Under the pieces are notes generated by a model. It was not told where the DNA came from. It made no database searches and was given only the letters and a program-made list of their open reading frames with translations. The position numbers were made by a program, and so were the translations under genes. From a virus (lineage: Duplodnaviria; Caudoviricetes), in the IMG/VR virus record IMGVR_UViG_3300037467_002029, positions 18,212-82,211 of that record: 64,000 nucleotides of DNA, one strand, 5' to 3'. Of this stretch, positions 47,630-56,534 are shown piece after piece (the stretch's first letter is position 1; every line of letters begins with the position of its first letter).

Positions 47630-48412
47630 ATTTCGTCACTCGCTGCCCTGCGCCGTCGCGCGGGGGTACTCAAACTTTTGTCGCCGCCTGACGCCAATCC
47701 CAAAGTCAAGAAGAACCAGAAGATCGGAGTGCTAACCACGGTACTGCACCTGGCGCCGGGGAACATGTCCGGTCACGAGGTGTGCCCAAAGCGAAGTGCA
47801 GGCTGCTCAGCTGCCTGCCTCCACTTCGCCGGTGACCCCTCGCGCCTAGAGCGAAAGACCAAGGCCCGTGTCGCCAAGACCAGGCTGTTCTTCTCTGACC
47901 GCAACTTGTTCATGAACATCCTCGTGCTCGAGCTCTTGGCGCATGTCCGCGCCGCAAAGCGGAAGGGTATGAAGCCTGGGGCCCGCCTCAACGGAACGAG
48001 CGATATCGTTTGGGAGAAGAAGCGTTTCATTCTCTTCCCGGAAGTCGCCGCGCAGCTCGGCCGTAGCGGTGACAACATCATCGACCTGTTCCCGGAGATG
48101 AGCTTCTACGACTACACGAAGATCCCGGGGCGGACCTCGCCGGCCAACTATCACCTGACCTTTAGCGAGTCTGAAACCAATTCTGTTGAAGTTGCGCGCG
48201 AAATGGCTCGAGGGATGAACATCGCTTCCGTCTTCGTTGGCGGGTTACCGGGAAACCATCTCGGTAGAACGGTCATTGACGGAGACGAACATGACTATAG
48301 ACCAGCGGATCCAGCCCGCGTCGTCGTGGGTCTGAAGGTTAAGGGCGTAAAAGGCAAAGCCGACCGATCGGGGTTCGTTCAGAATTCTGTAGTGCTCGGT
48401 CTGGCAGCATGA
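47630..48412 (+). CDS. GP88-like protein
   Basis: VCP...GC..ACL, RLNGTSDI.WE, FYDYTK and YHLTFS motifs. Start uncertain; ATT 47630 follows AAGGAG. Confidence 0.7.
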   Translation: MSSLAALRRRAGVLKLLSPPDANPKVKKNQKIGVLTTVLHLAPGNMSGHEVCPKRSAGCSAACLHFAGDPSRLERKTKARVAKTRLFFSDRNLFMNILVLELLAHVRAAKRKGMKPGARLNGTSDIVWEKKRFILFPEVAAQLGRSGDNIIDLFPEMSFYDYTKIPGRTSPANYHLTFSESETNSVEVAREMARGMNIASVFVGGLPGNHLGRTVIDGDEHDYRPADPARVVVGLKVKGVKGKADRSGFVQNSVVLGLAA

Positions 48413-48417
48413 TCGAT

Positions 48418-48586
48418 GGGTGTCAGAACCCGGACTCTGCTAGGCGTGGATTTCCCCGCCGAACTCGCTGCGTGCTTGGCGGTGCGCTGCAACCTGGCTT
48501 CGAGAAGCCGGGGGCGGCGCGCCATGTCCAGGGCCCTTCCGGGCTTAAAAGCCGTCGGCCTGTCGCAGAGCAGGTTCTGACCCCCC
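48418..48586 (+). ncRNA. Candidate structured non-coding RNA (~170 nt)
   Basis: Three-tier closing helix plus internal hairpins; all non-Watson-Crick pairs in the helices are G-U on the + strand (see findings). Confidence 0.6.
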
Positions 48587-48695
48587 GGTGAAGGAGCTCT
48601 TCACAAAGAGCTTAGGAGAACAAACCTAGAACATTTCGCTTGCGTTATAGGAAACTTCCTATCACATGCTTAGCGGATGACGAGAGTCGTGGCGT

Positions 48696-49082
48696 ATGTG
48701 GAGACGGATTTGGGGCGAACCAGTGCCCGACGCGCAGGAGCGTCAGGTCAATGCCTCGCTTGCGAGACACTTGATCACTGGTGGGCTGTTCCTGGAGCAA
48801 TTGCTTGGCAACTACGCCTGCGGCCTCGTAGCGCTCGAAACCTTCTTCGGCACACCCGACGGCGAAGTGACCGCCGACTATGTATCGCACCGGCTCGGTG
48901 GGCTCATCAGCGAAGACACTGCCCGTCGCCGACTCAACGACATGGGCAAGCGAAATATAGTCACAATACGAAAGGCCGGTCGGGGCATTTATTTCAAGCT
49001 CAGACCAGAGCTGGCCGAGGCGGCGATTTCCTTCATGAAAGGAGAACCGATTGTGCTCCCGGCGTCGGAGAGAGCCGCCTAA
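48696..49082 (+). CDS. Winged helix-turn-helix protein
   Basis: ADYVSHRLG..ISEDTARRRLNDM...IVTIRKAGRGIYFKL. Confidence 0.65.
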   Translation: MWRRIWGEPVPDAQERQVNASLARHLITGGLFLEQLLGNYACGLVALETFFGTPDGEVTADYVSHRLGGLISEDTARRRLNDMGKRNIVTIRKAGRGIYFKLRPELAEAAISFMKGEPIVLPASERAA

Positions 49083-49233
49083 CTGAGTTAACGAAAGATG
49101 ACCGCAATTTGCGGCAAGTTTTCCTTGCGGTGGAGTCACTTAACAATCAAAGGGGCCTCGCCGAATTAACATCCTGTAATGGGGATTTAACGTTGCAGCC
49201 CGGAGGTGCTGCGCGATGTGAATGCTGTTGAGC

Positions 49234-49250
49234 AAGTGACTTAGTCACTT
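49234..49250. promoter_or_regulatory. 17-bp palindromic element
   Basis: AAGTGACTTAGTCACTT, intergenic. Confidence 0.8.
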
Positions 49251-49296
49251 GGTGAGACACGGGGCAACAAGCTCGGTAACAACGGTTAGGAGGGTC

Positions 49297-49614
49297 ATGA
49301 AAGATCGCTCTGAACCACTTTCAAACTTGGCATTTTCAGCCTTCGCACATAATGAAGCGCCCCCTACGGGGGGCCTCAACATGACGAAGGATGAGATGCT
49401 GCTGAAATTGCTCGATGAGCTTTGCCGCTCGTGGATGGAAACATCGACGCCGGTTGAGATTGGTTCGGACCTCGAAAAGGTCCGGATGCTGAAGGAGGCT
49501 CGAGCTCAGATTACAGAGGGGAGACCCTCCGAATTGGTTCAACAGCTATACAGAGAGGTTTTCCTTCGAGATGTGTGGAGCGGGGACAGAAATCAGTCGG
49601 GGAGTACAGCGTAA
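49297..49614 (+). CDS. Hypothetical protein
   Basis: AGGAGG RBS, ATG 49297 (alternative 49381). Confidence 0.5.
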   Translation: MKDRSEPLSNLAFSAFAHNEAPPTGGLNMTKDEMLLKLLDELCRSWMETSTPVEIGSDLEKVRMLKEARAQITEGRPSELVQQLYREVFLRDVWSGDRNQSGSTA

Positions 49615-50089
49615 ACAGCTGTTGTCTGAACGCGATGAGCGTATCATCGAGTTCATGCGCCAGGGAAGGCCAGTTGCCGTTATTGCGGAACTGGAAGGGT
49701 TGGAGCCCGACTATTGTCGAAAAGCTACCCGCCGCCTCTCCGCTGATTACTGTATCGACTATAATCCTGACCGAGAACCGGTAACTTCGCTTTTGGGCGA
49801 GGCAAGCCGGCGCTTCCGCAACAACATCGCGAACGTCCTCTATCAGTTCCGCAACAAGCCCTGCCAGCACCCGCTGGCCGTCGCTCGCGACACTGGGCTT
49901 ACTCAGGCTCAACAGATCCTTGCGTCCGAACGTGGCGGACGCCACAACTTCAAGCTCACCGAGCTTGAGCGGCTTGCCGTGGCGACGGAGCAGGATTTCA
50001 CGAGGATGATGATTATTGCACTCTTGAAAGGCACGACGGAGGCGGACCAGCTCCGGCTCCAACGGGTGCTGGCATGTCTGAACAGCTAA
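49571..50089 (+). CDS. Putative double-HTH transcription regulator
   Basis: N-terminal LSERDERIIEFMRQG...IAELEGL is LuxR-like; C-terminal VARDTGLTQ...ERG..NFKLTELERLA is XRE-like. Confidence 0.5.
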   Translation: MCGAGTEISRGVQRKQLLSERDERIIEFMRQGRPVAVIAELEGLEPDYCRKATRRLSADYCIDYNPDREPVTSLLGEASRRFRNNIANVLYQFRNKPCQHPLAVARDTGLTQAQQILASERGGRHNFKLTELERLAVATEQDFTRMMIIALLKGTTEADQLRLQRVLACLNS

Positions 50090-50471
50090 CCCGCTTCTTT
50101 ACCGCCGCACAGCGCCTCCGCCGGTCCGAACGAGCACTCGTTCGGGCCGGTGCTGTTATGGAGCTCGAGGATCTGGCCGTCGAGGCTCAGAACCATAAGC
50201 TCAAGTCGAGGATCGCTGAATTGCTCAACGCTCAAAGGGCGAAGGCGTCATGAGTCTAGTTCATCAACTTGCCGCGAAAGCTTCGGTGCTCACCGGCTCC
50301 GAGGTGATCATCCACCGCACCGGACCCTTCGTTCATCCCCGTCGCTTCCGCATCCAGGTGAAGCGCGGTGAAGCCTCTTTCACCTTCGGTGAGGCCGATT
50401 TGATCGAGACCAAGGCGCGGCTAGCCATGATCTGTGATCTCGTCGAAATGGGGTTCGTGTCCACCACCAAC

Positions 50472-50488
50472 CACTGACTTAGTCACTT
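50472..50488. promoter_or_regulatory. 17-bp palindromic element
   Basis: CACTGACTTAGTCACTT, upstream of nrdJ, followed by a 12-bp hairpin (50489-50521). Confidence 0.8.
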
Positions 50489-50560
50489 GCCCCGGAGCCT
50501 TGGACGACGAGGCTTCGGGGCTCTTACTGCCTGCGGTTCACCTTTGTTGGAGAACCGTCC

Positions 50561-52216
50561 ATGCTCGACCCGGGCCACGCCCCTTTTCGCTCTCAATTCA
50601 GCCGCGATATCTTCAACCAGAAATACCGGCATGACGGTGCTGAGAGCTGGGACGAGCTCGCGAACACGCTCGTGCTCGACGTCTGCAAGGAGCACCTGTC
50701 GATTGGGGATATGACCCAATTGGCCGAATATATTTCGGAGATGAAGTTCATCCCCGGCGGGCGCTATCTCTACTATGCCGGTCGACCTAACCCCTTCTTC
50801 AACAACTGTTATTTGCTGCGCGCGGAAGAGGACACTCGAGAGGATTGGGCGAACCTGTCATGGAAATCGGAAAGTTGCTTGATGACCGGTGGGGGCATCG
50901 GGGCGGATTACTCGATCTACCGGCCGGCTGGTGCACGAATTGCTCGTACCGGCGGCGTGGCGTCGGGACCAATCCCGAAGATGGAAATGATCAACGAGAT
51001 CGGCCGGCGGGTGATGCAGGGTGGCTCCCGAAGGAGTGCGATCTATGCCTCCCTTAACTGGGCCCACGATGACGCCGCGAAATTCCTCGTGTCCAAGAAC
51101 TGGGACGAGATGGTCGTCGCCGGTACCGGCGGGCTCACGATCTGGGATCTGAAGCAGGCCGACTTCAACTATCCGGCGCCGCTCGACATGACCAACATCT
51201 CGCTCAATTACGATGACGAGTGGGGCTTCGACGCGACGCACCCGACATTCGTCAAGAATGTTGAACAGGCGCTCCGCACCGCAGAGCCGGGCTTTAGTTT
51301 CAACTTCGGTCCGCATCGGAACGAGACACTCCGTAACGCCTGCACCGAGGTGACGTCCGAGGATGACAGCGACGTCTGCAACCTTGGAAGCCTCAACCTG
51401 GGGCGGATCGAATCCATCTCTGAATTGCGCGACGTTATCCAGCTCGCCACCAAATTCCTGATCTGCGGCACGCTTCGCGCGAAGTTGCCGTACGACAAGG
51501 TGTATGACATCCGTCAGAAGAACCGGCGCCTCGGCCTCGGCCTGATGGGCGTGCATGAATGGTTGATCAAACGAGGATACCGTTATGAAGTCACCGACGA
51601 ACTTCACACCTGGCTTGGAGTCTACGCTGACGAGTCTGATGATGTGTCCGCGGATTTCTCCGACCGCCTTGGCATCTCTCGCCCGTGCGCTAACCGTGCC
51701 ATCGCCCCGACAGGCACTATCGGAATTATGGCCGGCACTACCACTGGGATCGAGCCTCTTTTCGCGGTTGCTTACCAGCGTCGATACCTGAAGAACGGCA
51801 CGGACTGGCACTACCAGTTCGTCGTCGACGGCACCGCCAAGGTGATGATCGAGGAGTATGGCGTTGACCCGGAGAACCTCGAGGGCGCTATCGATCTCGC
51901 TGCCGACTACGAGCGCCGCATCAAGTTCCAGGCGGATGTCCAGGACTATGTCGACATGGCGATCAGCTCGACCATCAACCTGCCCAAGTGGGGCAGCGAG
52001 CTGAACAATCCTGACACCGTGCCGGAGTTCGCAAAGACGCTGGCCAAGTACGCACCGCGGCTCAGGGGCTTCACCTGTTATCCAGACGGCGCGCGCGGCG
52101 GACAGCCCCTCACCCCGGTCTCCTACAAGGAGGCCAAGCTGCACGAGGGCCAGGTCTTCGCCGAGACGTTCACTGATATCTGCGATCTAACAGGCGGCGG
52201 GACATGTGGCAGCTGA
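50561..52216 (+). CDS. nrdJ: Class II (adenosylcobalamin-dependent) ribonucleotide reductase
   Basis: NCYLL, NACTE, CNLGSLNL, IAPTGTI and ISSTINLP motifs; terminal CxxxxxxC; no beta-subunit gene adjacent. Confidence 0.88.
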   Translation: MLDPGHAPFRSQFSRDIFNQKYRHDGAESWDELANTLVLDVCKEHLSIGDMTQLAEYISEMKFIPGGRYLYYAGRPNPFFNNCYLLRAEEDTREDWANLSWKSESCLMTGGGIGADYSIYRPAGARIARTGGVASGPIPKMEMINEIGRRVMQGGSRRSAIYASLNWAHDDAAKFLVSKNWDEMVVAGTGGLTIWDLKQADFNYPAPLDMTNISLNYDDEWGFDATHPTFVKNVEQALRTAEPGFSFNFGPHRNETLRNACTEVTSEDDSDVCNLGSLNLGRIESISELRDVIQLATKFLICGTLRAKLPYDKVYDIRQKNRRLGLGLMGVHEWLIKRGYRYEVTDELHTWLGVYADESDDVSADFSDRLGISRPCANRAIAPTGTIGIMAGTTTGIEPLFAVAYQRRYLKNGTDWHYQFVVDGTAKVMIEEYGVDPENLEGAIDLAADYERRIKFQADVQDYVDMAISSTINLPKWGSELNNPDTVPEFAKTLAKYAPRLRGFTCYPDGARGGQPLTPVSYKEAKLHEGQVFAETFTDICDLTGGGTCGS

Positions 52217-52227
52217 CTTAGTCACTT
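52211..52227. promoter_or_regulatory. 17-bp palindromic element
   Basis: AGCTGACTTAGTCACTT; contains the nrdJ stop. Confidence 0.8.
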
Positions 52228-52247
52228 GCCCCAGCACTTGAGACGAG

Positions 52248-52285
52248 GGAGTCCGTCAGCGTTAGTTGGCGGGCTCCTTTCGTTT
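52248..52285 (+). terminator. Intrinsic terminator after nrdJ
   Basis: GGAGTCCGTCAGC-GTTA-GTTGGCGGGCTCC-TTTCGTTT. Confidence 0.75.
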
Positions 52286-52296
52286 CAGGAGCCCAC

Positions 52297-52956
52297 ATGA
52301 ACGACCAATCTGCGATCTTGGACGGAGCGCCAGTTTCGGCCGCGCGAGCCGTCCAGCTCGGTGAGGGCATCGAGCTGCTCAACGGCCAGATGTTCGACTT
52401 CTTCCATCCCGAGCGCACAGAGCTCGAGCTCGAAGAGATCATCCATACGCTATCGAACGTCTGTCGCTTCGCCGGTCACGTCCACTACTTTTTCTCGGTA
52501 GCACAGCACCTGCTGAACGCGACCTATTTGGCGCCGCCAGGTCATCGCCGCGACGCAGGCCTGCACGACACTTCCGAAGGCTTCACGAACGACATCGTGA
52601 CGCCACTGAAATTCGCTATCCCGACGTTCGGAGAGATCGAGCGGATCATCGAGCCCGACATGGCTCGGCGTTTCCGCTTCCGCTATCCCCTGTCGCCCGA
52701 GGTTAAGCTCGTCGACCTGCAGTTGTTGGCGGTCGAAAAATCGGTCCTTAAGCCCTCGTCCAGTCATTGGGCGGTGCTCGACGGTATTCCCTTTGAGCAC
52801 ATAAAGGTTTCAACGCTCCCATACTGGCTCGAGCGGATCATTCATCCGTTCCGACGTAAGAAGGCTCTGTTCATGGGTCCGATGACGCCGAAGCAGGCAA
52901 AGCGCGCCCTGCTCAAGCGTCTGAACGAGCTTCAGCATGAGGAGCTGCGGCCATGA
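52297..52956 (+). CDS. HD-domain phosphohydrolase (YfbR-like)
   Basis: CRFAGH...SVAQH...LHDTSE motifs. Confidence 0.8.
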   Translation: MNDQSAILDGAPVSAARAVQLGEGIELLNGQMFDFFHPERTELELEEIIHTLSNVCRFAGHVHYFFSVAQHLLNATYLAPPGHRRDAGLHDTSEGFTNDIVTPLKFAIPTFGEIERIIEPDMARRFRFRYPLSPEVKLVDLQLLAVEKSVLKPSSSHWAVLDGIPFEHIKVSTLPYWLERIIHPFRRKKALFMGPMTPKQAKRALLKRLNELQHEELRP

Positions 52957-53209
52957 CGCGCTTCCTCCAGAAACAGGTCGTTCACGCCGCCTACTACAAT
53001 CGTGATCTGGACGAGGATCTACCCAGCTGTGAGTTCACGGCAGAAGCTGGCGACGTCTTCACGCTGATGTGCGGAATGGTGCATCTCGATCTCGACGATC
53101 CCATCGCTTTGGAGATCGACGGCGAGCGTGTCTACGAAGGCGCCGCCGGCCACGACCTACTCGATGTCCTCGCGACGCTCGGTTGTCGCTACGTCGAGGA
53201 GCCAGTCCA

Positions 53210-53599
53210 ATGACGGCTCCGATGACGCTGAACGATTATCAGCACGCCGCCGTCGGCACCGCCATCTACCCCGGGCGTCACTCGGCGCTGGGCCTCTGCT
53301 ACACGGGTCTCAAGCTTAACGGCGAGGCCGGTGAGGTTGCCGAGAACATCGGCAAAGCGATCCGCGACGATGCCTTCGGACAACCGAAGGAGATCGGCGG
53401 TGGCGGCACTGTCCAGACGCCGCTGACGCCTGAGCGCCGCGAGAAGCTGCTCAAGGAGCTTGGTGACACCCTCTGGTACATCGCCGCCGCGGCCGATGAA
53501 CTCGGCTTCACGCTCGAGAGCATCGCCCAGGAGAACATCGACAAGCTGCGTGACCGTAAGGAGCGCGGCGTGCTCGGTGGGTCTGGGGACGATCGCTGA
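53210..53599 (+). CDS. MazG-like nucleotide pyrophosphohydrolase
   Basis: LNGEAGEVAE, KELGDTLWY and NIDKL..R..RG...GSGD motifs. Confidence 0.85.
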   Translation: MTAPMTLNDYQHAAVGTAIYPGRHSALGLCYTGLKLNGEAGEVAENIGKAIRDDAFGQPKEIGGGGTVQTPLTPERREKLLKELGDTLWYIAAAADELGFTLESIAQENIDKLRDRKERGVLGGSGDDR

Positions 53600-53842
53600 A
53601 TGCTCGTCGCGGCCGGTATCCTCGGCGTGCTGCTCGGCATGCTCAATTACTTGCTGCTCGTTACCGGCCGCGTCGTCCCCGACGGCGCGGCCTACCTCAT
53701 CATCAACATTGCCGCGGTGGCGCTCGTTCTCGCGTCGCTCTTCCAACAATTCAACCTGCCCACGCTGATGATCAACGTCTTCTACGGCGGGGTTTCTATT
53801 TGGGGACTATGCAAATGCTCACCGAAGAACAGTATCTCCTGA
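53600..53842 (+). CDS. Small membrane protein (CBU_0592-like)
   Basis: Three hydrophobic segments; Y..IN......SL...FNLP pattern. Confidence 0.55.
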   Translation: MLVAAGILGVLLGMLNYLLLVTGRVVPDGAAYLIINIAAVALVLASLFQQFNLPTLMINVFYGGVSIWGLCKCSPKNSIS

Positions 53843-54102
53843 TCTGCCTCATGGAGGAATGCGACGAGGTGTCGCAGCGCGTCGCGAAGGCGCTTCGCTT
53901 CGGCCTCGACGAGGTTCAGGTCGGTCAGGACCAAACCAACCGGGAACGTCTGCTTGGCGAGCTCGATGACCTCTATACCGTCGCCCACGAACTCAGGTTT
54001 CGCCAAATCGTCGCGCAGCCGGCGCCGAACATCACCAAGATGCAGAAGATCGCGAAGTTCATGGGGTACTCGCGCGAAATGGGTCAGCTGGAAGCAGCAT
54101 GA
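53809..54102 (+). CDS. Second MazG-like protein
   Basis: LMEECDEVSQ..AKALRFG...LLGELDDL (EExxE...ExxD). Confidence 0.6.
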   Translation: MQMLTEEQYLLICLMEECDEVSQRVAKALRFGLDEVQVGQDQTNRERLLGELDDLYTVAHELRFRQIVAQPAPNITKMQKIAKFMGYSREMGQLEAA

Positions 54103-54723
54103 CCCTCTTCTGGCTCTACATCATCATCGGCTCGTGCTGCGTCGCCGCCAACGCCTATCGCATTGCAGATGAGGTGCCGGATCCGGGGAACATCGCCTCG
54201 GCCGTTGCGACCGGTCTGAAGTGGATCGTGACGTGGCCGTGGTGGGTGTTCAGGAAATGATCGCCAAAGCCGATCTGGTCCACGGCGCCTATTACTACGG
54301 CTCGTGCCGGAATGCCTCCGTCGCCCGTTGGAACGGTGAGACCGAAAGGTTCATCTACTGGCGTCACAAGTTCGGTGACCGCTTCGCCGAAGAGATCAAT
54401 CACCCCGAAGACGACGACGGCTTTGACCTGTTCAAGCCGCGGGAGATCGTCAGCTGGGGTGTCGACGAGATCCCTCTCCATGCCTAGCGGCCCCGCCACC
54501 ATCCTCGGTGGCCTGCCCGTGATTGCCGACGTCTCGTTCGGTTACGACTCCTACGCCATGGAGCACTGGGCGGATGTCGGCGAGATCTATTGGCAGAAGC
54601 GAAACGGCGAAAAGGGCAAGCCGATCCCGCAGCACCTCCGAGACCGAGCTGAGAAGTACGATCCGTATTTCTCGACCGTGATCGAGCAGGTCCAGGACCA
54701 CCTCATTATGGAGCAGGCAAGGG

Positions 54724-56442
54724 ATGACCAGCCAGACGGCTTCCTTACCTTCGGATAAACCGACCCTTCGGGAGTACCAAGTCCAAGATCTCGCCTTTCA
54801 TATCGCTCACCCCAAGTCTCTGAACGAGTCCGACCCCGGTACCGGTAAGACGCCGACAGCATGTGTGCTGTTCTATTATTGGTGGGCACGAAAGCGCGCG
54901 CGGACCGTCTGGTCGATGCCTTTGTCGCTCATGGAAAAGAACCGTGAGGAGCTGCTGCGCTTCACGGACTTCGCCCCTGAAGACGTGGTCATCATGGAAA
55001 GCGACTTCGACACGCTCACCAAGAGCTGGGAAGGCGCGACGTTCACGCGGCAGAAGGAGATCGACACCGCTCGCTGCTGGGTGATCGACAACCCTGGCAA
55101 GCCGACCACCGTTTATGAGCTGCAGAAGGCCAACCCCGGCATCCCGATCATCGAGGTCAGCCAGGAAGGCTACCGCGAGTTCGGGAAACGGACCAAGGTT
55201 GACGGCAAGATGCAGCTGTTGCCGTGGGCGGCAAACGCACCCGACGGTATCCAAGTCCGCATCGTGAGCGGACCTGACGGCAAGCCGCTGAAGGAGAAGA
55301 TCTTCGAGCCGGAGCTCGCCAAGGATCTGATCAAGACGCCGCAGATCAAGGTCGGACGCAAACTGGTTCCGGTGACCGACCCGAAGGTGTTCATCTGCAC
55401 CTTCGCGTTCCTTCGGAATAACTGGGAGCGGCTGCTCGACACCTGGCCCGACATCAAGATGTACGGCATCGACGAGCTTCACATGGGCTACTCGACGCCG
55501 AGCTCCGAGCAGACCGCTTCATTCTATCAGGTGAATGACCACTGCGACGGCCTGCTGGCGATGACCGGAACGCTGATCGACGGCCGGCTCGACAGCGCCT
55601 TCCCGGTGATCCACGCGATCGAGCCTCGCTATTACGGCGGCCTGCCTGGCTTCATTCATGAGCACGCCGCTTGGATCAACGACTTCGGCAAGGTCGAGAG
55701 CTGGAAGAATGAGGAAAAGCTCCGAGCGATCCTGAAGCTGCATAGCGTCAAGCACTCATTTGAAGAGGTGTACGGCAAGGAGCCGGTGCACTTCGAAACT
55801 GTGCTGCTCGAGATGTTCGAGGAGCAGCGCGCTGCCTATGACGAGTTCCACGAGCAAGCGATGCTCGAACTCGAGGACGGTCGGATCCTCGACGGCTCGC
55901 TGCCGGGTGTGGCCGTCATCCGTGCGACGCAGATCATGGCGCATCCCGAGACGATGGGCCTCGCGAAGAACGAGACCACCGCCAAGGACAAGAAGCTCAT
56001 GGAGTACGCCGTCGAGGGCCGGCCGATGCTGGTCTTCTCTGCGGCCGTTGCCGAACAGGAGCGCTGCGTCGCTCGGCTGGAGTCCTGCGGATTGCGCGTG
56101 GGACTGATCAACAATTCCGTCTCGATGAAAGCTCGAGGCGCGATCGATCGAGATTTCCGTGCAGGAAAGCTCGACGCCATCGTCGGCTCCGGCCCCACAG
56201 TGGCCGTGGGCTATAATTGGGAGCGCGCTGACCACGTCGTCGGCGTCTCCTGGGACTACAAGGACGTCAACTTCGTCCAGGCTTACCGCCGCGCCAGCCG
56301 CGGGTCGCGGACTTCGGTCCTGCGCGTCACGACGCTGGCTTACGAAGATTCCATCGACCTTCGGAAGATGGATATTCTCACGAGCAAGTCACAGCTCGCT
56401 AATCGGGTCGACGAGACCCGTAGGGTGCTCCAGTTCTGGTAG
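54724..56442 (+). CDS. Superfamily 2 (SNF2-like) helicase
   Basis: DPGTGKT, IDELH, MTGT, VGYN and QAYRRASR motifs. Confidence 0.85.
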   Translation: MTSQTASLPSDKPTLREYQVQDLAFHIAHPKSLNESDPGTGKTPTACVLFYYWWARKRARTVWSMPLSLMEKNREELLRFTDFAPEDVVIMESDFDTLTKSWEGATFTRQKEIDTARCWVIDNPGKPTTVYELQKANPGIPIIEVSQEGYREFGKRTKVDGKMQLLPWAANAPDGIQVRIVSGPDGKPLKEKIFEPELAKDLIKTPQIKVGRKLVPVTDPKVFICTFAFLRNNWERLLDTWPDIKMYGIDELHMGYSTPSSEQTASFYQVNDHCDGLLAMTGTLIDGRLDSAFPVIHAIEPRYYGGLPGFIHEHAAWINDFGKVESWKNEEKLRAILKLHSVKHSFEEVYGKEPVHFETVLLEMFEEQRAAYDEFHEQAMLELEDGRILDGSLPGVAVIRATQIMAHPETMGLAKNETTAKDKKLMEYAVEGRPMLVFSAAVAEQERCVARLESCGLRVGLINNSVSMKARGAIDRDFRAGKLDAIVGSGPTVAVGYNWERADHVVGVSWDYKDVNFVQAYRRASRGSRTSVLRVTTLAYEDSIDLRKMDILTSKSQLANRVDETRRVLQFW

Positions 56443-56443
56443 C

Positions 56444-56460
56444 ATCTGACTCAGTCACTT
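56444..56460. promoter_or_regulatory. 17-bp palindromic element
   Basis: ATCTGACTCAGTCACTT, just after the helicase stop. Confidence 0.75.
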
Positions 56461-56534
56461 CTCTGTAACCCTTAGAAAATTTCGCTTCGTGGTCTCAAAG
56501 AGATCACTCCACAACTTTGAAAGGTACTTCGATT

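Noticed and set aside
48418-48586. Cobalamin riboswitch (given nearby nrdJ) or tRNA
   Set aside because: I see no B12-box or AGGGAA core and no T-loop or CCA pattern, and the element is 2 kb from nrdJ.
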